From: a bacterium
Lineage (GTDB): Bacteria; JADJOY01
NCBI GenBank assembly: GCA_046331705.1
Contig: JAXLQJ010000043.1
Span: 1-64,000, forward strand
Direction: 5' to 3'
Length of the DNA stretch: 64,000 nucleotides
This document shows, in pieces, positions 10,087 through 22,312 of the stretch. Below the pieces are notes generated by a model. The model was not told where the DNA came from and ran no database searches. It was given only the letters and a program-made list of their open reading frames with translations. Made by a program: the position numbers and the translations under genes. Within the stretch, counting starts at the first letter, position 1. Each line of letters opens with the position of its first letter.

Positions 10087-10293
10087 CCAGAGGGGCCAGC
10101 GTCCAGCCCATCATGGGGGAGAAACAATCACGCGAAAACCGATGCTGTCGATGCGGTAGTCGGGATTGAGGTCGAGGCGGGCCGCGGACCGGGCGTAGCG
10201 AGGATCGTAGAAGTACGCACCGCCACGAACCACACGGCGGGACTCGGCGCCAGCATCGAGCTTCTCTCGCTCGTCATCGGCGCGGTACGGGTA
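10087..10293 (-). repeat. Putative DGR variable repeat (VR2) plus conserved 3' flank
   Basis: Repeat of 7150-7356 at offset 2937 bp; identity continues 24 bp past the TGA with one mismatch. Confidence 0.8.
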
Positions 10294-13200
10294 GCTCTCT
10301 GTCTGTGATCGAGTCCACTCCCAGACGTTGCCGATCATCTCTTCCACGCCGTACGGGCTTACGCCACCCGGGAAACAGCCGACGGCGCTCGGGCGACCGA
10401 TTCCCGTCTCGTCGATGTTGGCCCGACTCGAATCGAACGCATCGCCCCACGGGTACGCCGGGTATGCGTTCGGTTGACCGTTCGGGAGCACGAGCCCACC
10501 ACGTGCGGCCTTCTCCCACTCGGCCTCGGACGGCAACATCACGGTCTGATCGCGTCGAATCCGGCTCGAGTCTCGCCAGCGCTCCGTCAGCCAGCGTGTG
10601 AACGCCAGCGCCTCGTACCAGCTCACTCCAGCCACAGGCTGGTTCGGTGCGGTGAACGCTACTGGCAGCTCGAGCGGTCCCGTTGTTGGCTCGTCCTCGT
10701 ACCGTCCCTTGATCTTCCCGGCCTTCCAAACGCCGTTGCGCTGGGCTTCGGTCCACCAGCGTTCGTCCGTGTAACCGCCCGAGTCCACGAATGCTGCGTA
10801 TTGAGCACCGGTCACTGGCCACCTCGCGATCGAGAAGCCCGCGAGCGTGACCTCATGCGCGGGGCGCTCATCCGACCACGCGCGGCCGTCGCCGTCAGCG
10901 CTCCCCATCCTGAACGGTCCGGCCGGCACATCGCAGAAGGCCATGTGATCGACCGCGATCACCTCCAGCCGTGGGTCTCCAAGCTGCGCCAGCACCGCAC
11001 CGGCCTCAGCCCGCTCGCGAGCTGTGAGCGGGCTCTGGCGCAGCAACTCGACGAGCCGATGGCGCGTGCGCTCCAGGAGATCCGCCCCGAGCGCGCCCTC
11101 GGCGGCACGGCGCACGCCGATCTCCAGCAACACCTCGCCGGCGAACCACGCCCGTCGCCACGCGAGCGCATCGATTCCGGTGCTCGCCGGGCATAGCTCG
11201 CCCACGAGCGCGAGCGGCTTGTCCGTGTCGCCGGCGACGTGAACCAGCCGGCCCACCGCGAGCAAGACCACCTCGCGCCAGCGGTCGAGCTCTCGCGTGT
11301 GGCCGGCCGCCGCCCGCCCGAAATCGCCCAGTGTCGAGAGGTGTGCGCCCGCCAGATATTCCTGAAACGTCCGGTGCGGGAATGCGTAAACGCCTTGGCT
11401 GCGCTCCAGCAGGAGGCCGGCGCGGTGTTTGATGGAGTCGATGACCGCGTCTGCCCAGCCCTTGTCGCGTCGCGGATGAAGAGCGGCGAGCGCCACTTCG
11501 AGCGCGTGCTCGCCCACGTCGGCGACGCCGTCGTCGCTCGGCCCCGCGCTCGCCCCGTGGACCTCGAATGCCAGTCGCCAGAGTGCGCGCTTGAAGTCCA
11601 TGTCATTGACGTTCACGTCGTTCATGAGGCGCCGCAGAGAGGGCCCTTCGCCATCGCGTTGCTTGAGCTGCTCCCAGCGCCAGAGCAGGAGATCCACGGT
11701 CTCCTCGTAGAGCAGCGCCCGCGCATCCGGTAGCCGCCCGCGATGGGTGTGAACCAGCGCCATCACGGTGAGCAGCAGCGGGCTGGGCGCCAGGCGCCAG
11801 AGATCGGGGCGGCGAATGGCGGTGCTCAGCCGCTGCGCGAGAGAGGCGGCCTCGATCTCCCGCACCGTGCCGACTGCCGCCAGCTCGGCGTACCAGGCGC
11901 GAATGAAACGATCGATCCGCTCGTCGTCGAACGGTGCGATCTCGAAGGACTCGAAGCCGGCGAGACGCCAGCGCGGGTCTTGGTACGAGAGGGTCCGGCA
12001 GGTGACGACCACGCGGCTCGCGGGGTAGCGCTCCGCGAACGCGCGGACCGACTCGACGATGACCTTGCGCTGCCGCTCGCCGCTGACCTCGTCGAGGCCG
12101 TCGAAGAGCAGGATTCCGTGGCCCGCCTGCGCCGCGGCTTGAATCGGAGCGAGCGCGCTCGAAAGGCTCTGCTCGGCGAGTCGCGCCGCCAGGAAGTCCC
12201 AAATCACTTTGGGATTGCCCGAGGTGATGGACTCCGGAAGGGCCGCCGCCACGTCGCGCAGCACGATGGGGATGGGAATGAGATCGGGTGCTAGCGGGGT
12301 CGTCGCTGACGACGCCTTCTTGCGCCGCGGTTCATCCGGTGACGGCGCCTGCCCCGAGGCCAGGCTCATCGCGACGTATCCCATCAGCGTGGACTTGCCC
12401 GATCCGGGCCCACCGAGAAGCACCACACGTGGATTCCGCGCGAGGGCCGCGAGCGCCGAGAGCGGCGGCGCACCGTGTTCCGGCCCGGCAAGCTCGTCCG
12501 GGGTCGCGGTCCGTGACCGCCGGTTCTTACGCTTCGACGGCGCCAGCTCGTCGCGCGAGGTCGTGGCGAGATCGACGTAGACCGAAGCCAGCCGGAGCGG
12601 CTTGTCCGCCGAAGTGGCGTCGCTCGCGCCGAGATCGATGCCGCGCAGCGGCAGCCCCGCGTGCTGCCGCGCGATCCAAACGCGATACGCCGCAATCGCA
12701 TCGTCGGCAGCCCGTGTGGCTTCATCCGAAGGCGGGTGATTGACGTGTACACCGCCGTGGACTTGGGCGCTGCCGCCGATCACCACGGCGCCCGGTCCAG
12801 CCGCGATCGCGCCTTTGCCCTGGGCGATGACGCCGGAGCCTTTCACCACGGCGTGGTAGGTGGTGGACGGTGCGCTCGAGCTCTGCGGCTCCCGAAGGCG
12901 CGTGAGCGATGCGCGAACCTCGGCGGTGAGCGACCGAGACGCGTCGAAGAGCGCCGTCAGCTCGGTCCGCAGGAGTGTTCCGTGGTCGGCGTCGCTCGGG
13001 TCGTCCTTCCACAGCGCGACGGCGGCGCGAAATCGCTGCGAGGCGGCGCGGTCACGAACGCACGCGTCCCAGAGCCCTGCGATGGATTCGGGAACCCCGG
13101 TGCGCACGGGAGGTTTGCCCGCGAGATTCACAATCCAAGGCGAGAGCGTGCCGAAGAGCGCCGTCGCCAGGTCGCTCGTGGTGCTGAACGGCGGCCCGAG

Positions 13201-13707
13201 CGGGGGCACGGACAGCGGAGCGGGCGCGCTGGGCGCGGCCGCGCTTCGCGGCGCAGTAGCCGCTGTCTTCTTGCCGCGTGCAGCAGGTCGCTTGCGCAGC
13301 GCGCCGATCAAGTGCTCGAACGCGTGCGATTCGTCCGCCGGCGGCACGAAGTCCACGCGGGTGAGCATCTCGAGGCGTGGTGGGACGTCGCAGGGGGCGA
13401 TCCGGATGGGGACGATGGCGCGCTGGCGAGCGGCGGGATCGCGCGTTTGAACGAGCAGGTTCTCGAACTCCGTCCAGCCGCTCTTCAGATAGTCGGGCGA
13501 GAGGACGACCACCGTGTGGCGGCTGTCCACCGCGGCGCGCTCCATCTCGGTCGCCAAGGGCGCGCCAGCCACGAAGTCGCGAGAGTCGATGCAGACCTTC
13601 AGCCTCGCGCCTTCGAGCGCGGGCAGGAGCTTGCCGCAAACCCAATCCGCGTCGCGGCTGCTGTAGCTCAGGAAGACGTCGTAGCGATGGCCTTTTCGCG
13701 ATGCCAT
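10111..13707 (-). CDS. NLR-like protein: TIR, helical (Bell-like) domain, G/A/V-rich motif, NACHT, FGE-sulfatase/CLec
   Basis: [11 protein letters not shown]...DFVAG...[14 protein letters not shown]; Walker A [47 protein letters not shown]; start ATG 13707 or GTG 13716. Confidence 0.9.
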   Translation of the reverse strand: [1198 protein letters not shown]

Positions 13708-13903
13708 TCGATTCACCTTGCTACGGGGAGTGCGCTGCGCGCGTGCGAGATTAACCCGTATTCGCGGCCCGAAGTCGGCGTGTCACGGACTTCGCTCGCG
13801 GATGCGGCGGCGGTAGGAACGTGTTTCGATGCGGAGCGCACCCGGAGTCGCGCGGCCGAATGCGAGCGGCGCCGCGTTGCGCGTGGGAGTGTGGAGGGTG
13901 CCG

Positions 13904-14569
13904 ATGGCGGAACACGGTGCGGGCTCGCGTCGTGCGATCAGCGCGGTCGAGGTGGTGCTGGGGGCGGTGGTGGTGATCGGGCACAACGTGTTCGGTGCGC
14001 TTCCGAACGAGGTTCCGACCCTGTGCGCGGCGGCGCTGGTGTCGGTGCGGCTACGGGGTGGCGGTTGGGTTGCGCTCGGGTTCGCGCGGCCGGGTTCGTG
14101 GCGGAAGGCGATTGCCGTCGCTGCTTTGGCAGCGGCGCTCAGGATCGTGCTCGGCGATCTCGTGATCGATCCGCTCACCCAGCGGTTCTGGCCGCCGGCG
14201 GCGGCACCGGCGATCGCGGACGATCTCGCAGGGAATGCCGGCCAGGCGCTGCTGCTTCTTGGGCTGGTTTGGACGTTCGCTGCCTTCGGGGAAGAGATCG
14301 GATATCGCGGTTATCTGCTGAACCGCGCGGCCCATGTGTTTGGCGGTTCGATCCGGGCTTCTTGGGCGGCCGTGGTGGCGAGCGCGGTGCTCTTCGGTTT
14401 CGGGCACTTCTACAAGGGACCGTCGGGGATCGTGGATTCGAGTGTGGCGGGGCTCATCCTCGGTGGGGCGTACGTGCTGGCGGGACGGAATCTGTGGGTA
14501 CCGGTTCTCGCCCACGGATTCATCGACACGGTGGGCGTGGTGCTGGGGTATTTCGGCCTCGACGGTTGA
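13904..14569 (+). CDS. CPBP family (Abi/CAAX) intramembrane glutamic endopeptidase
   Basis: EEIGYRGY, FGFGH and HGFID motifs; hydrophobic TM segments; GGAGGG RBS before ATG 13904. Confidence 0.85.
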   Translation: MAEHGAGSRRAISAVEVVLGAVVVIGHNVFGALPNEVPTLCAAALVSVRLRGGGWVALGFARPGSWRKAIAVAALAAALRIVLGDLVIDPLTQRFWPPAAAPAIADDLAGNAGQALLLLGLVWTFAAFGEEIGYRGYLLNRAAHVFGGSIRASWAAVVASAVLFGFGHFYKGPSGIVDSSVAGLILGGAYVLAGRNLWVPVLAHGFIDTVGVVLGYFGLDG

Positions 14570-14735
14570 CGCGAAGAGCGCACGGCTGCGGCGACGACGG
14601 AGCGTCGCCCTCCATCGCAGGAGCAACTGCGGTGGCGCTGGCTTCCGTGGCCTCGGCGGGGCGGGGTAGCATCCGCGCTTCGGCGTTGCGATGCGCACGG
14701 CTCGTGCCGTGACGCTCGCGAAGGAGAGGCGAATC

Positions 14736-17438
<2,703 letters not shown>

Positions 17439-17573
17439 CGGCGCGCGGCGGCCGCGCGTCGAGCGGCTCGTGCTCGTGGATCTGGCCTTCGGTGCGCTGG
17501 TCGTCGTCCAGGTGCGTGCGGCCCGAGCGACTCCGCGCGGCGGCGTGTCCGCGACTTCGGAAGGGGTGTGAGG

Positions 17574-18062
17574 ATGACCAGCGACGAACAGCGCTTGATC
17601 GAGAAGTTGGAGCGGATCGAGACGCTCTTCGCGCGGGCTGGGACCGAGGGCGAGAAGGCCGCCGCGGCGAGCGCCGCGGAACGGATCCGGCGGCGTTTGC
17701 ACGAGCTCGCGAAGCTCGATCCTCCCATCGAGTACAGGTTTTCCGTCGCCGACGAATGGTCGCGCCGATTGCTGCTCGCGCTGCTTCGGCGTTACGGCGT
17801 CGCGCCGTATCGCTACAGAAGCCAGCGCCGCACGACGGTCATGGCCCGCGTGTCGCGGCAATTCGTGAACGAGACGTTGTGGCCGGAGTTCGAGGAGTTG
17901 AGCCGGGTGCTGAGGCTCCATCTCTCGGAGGTGGCCGAGCGAATCATCGCGCGAGCGGTGTCGCCGGAGAGCCAGGACGAGGAAGTGCGCGCGGACCGGA
18001 ACGGCGGCACTGGGAACCTGCTGTCCGCGTTTGGCTCGGAGAGTGAGCGCCGCGGGTCGTGA
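17574..18062 (+). CDS. Hypothetical protein (162 aa)
   Basis: Natural protein composition; N-terminus LIEKLERIETLFARAGTEGEKAAA resembles DUF2786-like helical hairpins. Confidence 0.65.
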   Translation: MTSDEQRLIEKLERIETLFARAGTEGEKAAAASAAERIRRRLHELAKLDPPIEYRFSVADEWSRRLLLALLRRYGVAPYRYRSQRRTTVMARVSRQFVNETLWPEFEELSRVLRLHLSEVAERIIARAVSPESQDEEVRADRNGGTGNLLSAFGSESERRGS

Positions 18063-18151
18063 GGGTTGGCGCTGCCCGCGGCGCCGGCGCTCGGCTCGAG
18101 GAGGATCGATCGCGGGCGGGCGTCACCGCGCTCGCCGAGCGGAGAGGGACG

Positions 18152-18367
18152 TCACGCGGCGTCGCGGGTGGGGTTGGGATTCGAGCGCGCGGCGCGGCGG
18201 CGTCCCGGAATGACGCGCAGCCGCGGGCGCTCGCGGCGCAGTTGGTAGCGCGGCTCGGCGAACGGGACGAGCGCCACCCGGCCCATGGCGATGGCGAGCG
18301 CGAACATGGCAGTGGCCGTGATCGTGGGCGCCAGCGCCAGCAGGTGGGTCAGGTTTTCGACGTTCAT
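18152..18367 (-). CDS. Small single-TM protein (71 aa)
   Basis: GAGGAG RBS before ATG; MNVENLTHLLALAPTITATAMFALAIAMG hydrophobic segment followed by a basic tail. Confidence 0.5.
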   Translation of the reverse strand: MNVENLTHLLALAPTITATAMFALAIAMGRVALVPFAEPRYQLRRERPRLRVIPGRRRAARSNPNPTRDAA

Positions 18368-18377
18368 CGCAAGCTCC

Positions 18378-19874
18378 TCAATTCGATGCTGGGGTGGAGG
18401 TGATGTCGGTGGTCGCCGGCGGTGCCGGCGGTGCGACCGGCGGTGCGACCGGCGGCGCCGCCGCCGGCTGACCGACCCGAGAGAGCAGCGCAGCGCCAGC
18501 GGCGACCGTCGCCACCAGCACCACGAGCAGGCTTCCGAAGAGCGGACCAGCTTGACGAGCGTGATCAAGCCGAGACCCAGCAGCACCGCGATCACCGGCG
18601 TCTTGCGATCGGCGAGGAACGGCAGCCCGTTCGCCGATCCACGACGCGATCGCCGTGGTTCCGACCAGGCGCGACAGCACGAACGCGGTGAGCACCAGCG
18701 GGACCAGGCGGAATCCCCACCACCGTCAGCAGCAGCACGAAGCGCACCGGCAGCACGCCGACGACCAGCGCCGCCGCCCAGCACCGAGAGGCCGGGCCGC
18801 CGCTGACCGAAGCCACGTTGGCCACGCGGGTAGGCCAGTAGCTGATCAAGAGCACGCCTGCGCCGAAGACAACACCGCCACGCCGTACACCAGCATCATC
18901 GCGATGCTGAACGCGAGCAGCAGCGCGCCACCGGCGAGGCCGACCAGCCCGAGCATCACACCGCCGGCCGTCCCGCCCGCACCTGGATGCGATCGCCGCT
19001 GATCGAAGGTGCGGGATCGGTCTGCACCATCCGCCCACCGAGACGGCATCGCCGCCGATCTGGTGCGCCGCGGGCGCCGTGATCCAGCCCGCCACCGCGA
19101 CGACGTCCCCGCGCCATCCACGACGGCGCCGGGCTCGGGAAAGGTGCGAGCCGCCCACCGCGACCGCGTCGCCTTCCTGGCGAGCACGGTAGGCGTGCCG
19201 CCGATCACGGTCGCCTCGCTCACGGTCTGATGCGCCTCGACGCACGTCCGGCCCATCGAAGCGCTCGTCCGCGTCCACGTCGATGGTGATGTTGCCGTGA
19301 CGCGGTGCTCGCCGTTGGGGCGAGATCGACCGGAGCAGGCGCTCGGAACCCCCAGGCGGTGCAGGCGGCGCCGGTGGGCGGGGGACCTTGTGATGGCCGC
19401 GATGCTTGATCGTGATGCTGGAGCCGGACACCACCAGCGCCGATCACGGTGCTCGTCGTGGCACCGGACTTCGGCAGGCGTCGGCGCTGCTCGTCGATGA
19501 AGCGCTGTTGCTGTTCCTGGCGCTTTCGGTATGTTCGGCGTGCACGCTCAGGTTGAAGCCGTCGTTGAGCACGAAGGCCGGTTGCGCTCGGCGATCGCGT
19601 CGTCGCGCACCGATTCGTCGCATGTCGAGCGTGACGCAGAAGCGCGCCGTCCGCTGGGCCGCGCTCGCCGCTGACGCGGGCGCGGCCTGCGCCACCAGGG
19701 CCTGCACCGCCGGCGCGGAAGGCTGCGGCGCGCTCACCGCGCTCGCGGTCGCGATCAGCACCAGCAGGAAGCGTTGAGGTCGAAGTAGGTTGCTGTTGGC
19801 GTTGCGCCACTTCAGGCCTGGTGGGAAGCTGCGGCTGCGGTGTTCGCCTGCATGCCGGTGTGTTCCAGCTTCAT
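18378..19874 (-). pseudogene. Multiply frameshifted membrane protein with bactofilin-like (GDAVxVGG) repeats and C-terminal TM helices
   Basis: Coherent fragments in different frames: DAVAVGG, GDVVAVAG, GGDAVSVGG; LLLTVVGIP; AIASWIGER/LPF; VIAVLLGLGLITLVKLV/PLFGSLLVVL; ATG at 19874 overlaps a TGA. Confidence 0.55.
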
Positions 19875-20350
19875 GGCGAGCTCCAGCGAATCGACAGCAT
19901 CCCCAGCAGGCCTGCAGATCTCAAGCCCCAGCAGGGACCTGCACCCAGCGACGAAGCGCGGCATCAGGAACAGGGTATGCGTCACCCCACCACCAGGCCG
20001 GAGGATGAACTGGCGTTGCTCTGCTCCAGCAGCACGCTGCAGGGATCGCGAGGCCTTGCCGAGGCTCGCGCAGGCCACCCACGATCAGGCGGGCTTGACG
20101 CCCGGCGAGTGCGACCGGAAGCTCGCCAGCAGGCGCTGCGCAGCGTCTGCGGCGGTCGCGCCATCGCGGACGAAGGCTCTGCTGCCGCCGTGCGCGGCTT
20201 CCAGGTGGCAGGCCGGAAGCGCCGTATAGCCAACTCGCGGCGCCAGCAGCGCGGCGTACTTGTCGAGGGCGGCGACAGCAGCGCAGGCGCGACGATGTCG
20301 CCGCAGGATCAGGCCAGCTCGAGCAAGCGTTCATCGCCGAGGTGGATCAT
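19871..20350 (-). pseudogene. Frameshifted anti-sigma factor (zf-HC2-like)
   Basis: ATGA overlap with the sigma stop; MIHLGDERLLELA then, across frameshifts, an HRRACAA(C) remnant and hydrophobic fragments. Confidence 0.5.
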
Positions 20351-20922
20351 GTTCCGGTCTCGTCAGCGGATTCGAGCGCTTTGCGCAGGCGCGCTCGCGC
20401 TCGGTGCAACCAGGTCATGACGGTGCCCACGGGCACCTCGAGCGACGCGGCGATGTCCTTGTAGGCCATGCCCTCGACGTGGAAGAGCATCACCGCCTCG
20501 CGCGGGCCGTCGGGAAGCGCGGCGAGCTCCTGGCGCAACTGCGCGGCGCGCTGCGCGTGGATCGCCGCCGCCTCGGCGCTGGGCGCACGCTCGTCCGCGT
20601 GGGCATCGGGGTTCTCGAGCGGCGGGTCCGTGGGCGAGGCCTGGTGCCGCCGGATTCGATCGATCGAGAGGTTGCGCGCCACCGTGAGCAGCCACGGCAG
20701 CACCGCCCGCGCGGGATCGAGATCGGCGCGATGCGTGAACGCCTTCACGAACGCTTCCTGGGCGGCGTCCTCGGCATCGGCTGGGCTCAGATAGCGCCGA
20801 CACAGCCGATACACGGCGCCCTGGTGCCGGCGCACGATCTCGCTGAACGCCGCCTCGTCCCCACCGGCCGCTCGTCGCGCCAGCTCGCGCTCGTCGAGAG
20901 CGTCGGGGGGGGAGCCAATCAT
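20347..20922 (-). CDS. ECF (sigma-70 group 4) RNA polymerase sigma factor
   Basis: DAEDAAQEAFVKAF, WLLTVARNLSIDRIRR; region 4 EGMAYKDIAASLEVPVGTVMTWLHRAR. Confidence 0.93.
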   Translation of the reverse strand: MIGSPPDALDERELARRAAGGDEAAFSEIVRRHQGAVYRLCRRYLSPADAEDAAQEAFVKAFTHRADLDPARAVLPWLLTVARNLSIDRIRRHQASPTDPPLENPDAHADERAPSAEAAAIHAQRAAQLRQELAALPDGPREAVMLFHVEGMAYKDIAASLEVPVGTVMTWLHRARARLRKALESADETGT

Positions 20923-21139
20923 TCACGCCGTCCGGTCCGTCCAGGGCATCTTCACGCCCTCGACCAACCTTACGCAGGCCGCGCCGACTTTATTTCAGCT
21001 CCCCGTGAAACGCTCGAAATCCCGTTGGATCGGTGGGTTGCACGGTGGATCGACGCGGCGGAGCTGCGCCGATCCACCCCGCCCCGCGCGAGCCCATCGT
21101 GAGACCGAGGTGCTCTCGCCCGCGAGCGCGTCCGCGGCG

Positions 21140-22312
21140 CTACGGGATCACGGGCTCGCCGAAGCCGCGCCAGAAATCCACGATGCGCTCCCACGCCTCC
21201 TCGCCGGTCTCGGCGTACGTGAAGAGGTGGACGTCCTCGGCGTCGATGACGCCCTCGGATGCGAGGAACTCGGGGTCGAACGCTCTCTTCCAGAACTCGC
21301 GGCCCACCAGGATCACCGGCAGCGGCGGGATCTTCTGGGTCTGGATCAAGCAGAGCGCGTCGAAGACCTCGTCGAGGGTGCCGTAGCCGCCGGGAAACGC
21401 CACGAGCGCCCGCGCCAGGCGCATGAAGTGCATCTTGCGCAGCGCGAAATAGCGGAACTGGAAGCACAGCTCGGGAGTGATGTACGGGTTGGGGTATTGC
21501 TCGTGCGGCAGGTTGATGTTGAGACCGACGCTCTTGGCACCGACGTCGAAGGCACCGCGATTGGCCGCTTCCATGATCCCCGGGCCGCCGCCGGTCATCA
21601 CCACGAACTGATAGGGCCCGCCTTGCTGGCACACGGTGCTCACGATTCGCGCCAGCGACCGAGCCTCGTCGTAGTAGCGGCTGAGCGACTTCACGCGCTC
21701 GGCGACGGCCACCCGGCGCTCGGCCTCGGGGTCGCGGGGCGCGCGATCCAGGTCGCGGCGCGCCGCTTCCAGCCGGCGGCGCGCCGCGGCGGGCTCGACC
21801 AGCCGGGTGCTGCCGAACACCACGATCGTGGAGCGCACCTCGTGCCGCTGCAGCACGATCTCCGGCTTCAGGTACTCGAGCTCCAGCCGCTCGCCGCGCA
21901 GCTGGTCGAGCTCCATGAAGTCGGGATCTTGATCGGCGCGTCGATAGCTCTGGCTCGCCATGATGCGGGCGATGCGCTCGGCGGCCTCGGGATCGTCCTC
22001 GGGCGGCTTCGGCGCGCTCCAGGGGAGCGGTGTGGCGCGTCGCAGCGCCAGGTCGACGGCGCGGGCCCGCGCCAGCTCGCGCTGGCTCGGCTTGTGCCTC
22101 GCGGCGTTGCCGTTCTTGGCGCCGCGTCCGTTCGCTCTCGAATTGGCGTTCTTGTCGTTCGTCCCGCTCGTTCCGTTCTTGCGGCCCGCGCGGTCGTTGC
22201 CGTTGGTGCGCGGCGGCTTCGATTCCGCCTTCGCCCGGTCGTTGGCGGCGTTCGGCGAGCCCTTGGAGCTCCTGGTGCTCTTCGCGTTGGTGCGATCTCG
22301 CGTGGGCTTCAT
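21140..22312 (-). CDS. LOG family nucleotide phosphoribohydrolase (TIGR00730-like)
   Basis: TGGGPGIMEAANRGA, FALRKMHF, PGGYGTLDE; long low-complexity N-terminus; ATGA overlap with the upstream gene. Confidence 0.9.
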   Translation of the reverse strand: MKPTRDRTNAKSTRSSKGSPNAANDRAKAESKPPRTNGNDRAGRKNGTSGTNDKNANSRANGRGAKNGNAARHKPSQRELARARAVDLALRRATPLPWSAPKPPEDDPEAAERIARIMASQSYRRADQDPDFMELDQLRGERLELEYLKPEIVLQRHEVRSTIVVFGSTRLVEPAAARRRLEAARRDLDRAPRDPEAERRVAVAERVKSLSRYYDEARSLARIVSTVCQQGGPYQFVVMTGGGPGIMEAANRGAFDVGAKSVGLNINLPHEQYPNPYITPELCFQFRYFALRKMHFMRLARALVAFPGGYGTLDEVFDALCLIQTQKIPPLPVILVGREFWKRAFDPEFLASEGVIDAEDVHLFTYAETGEEAWERIVDFWRGFGEPVIP

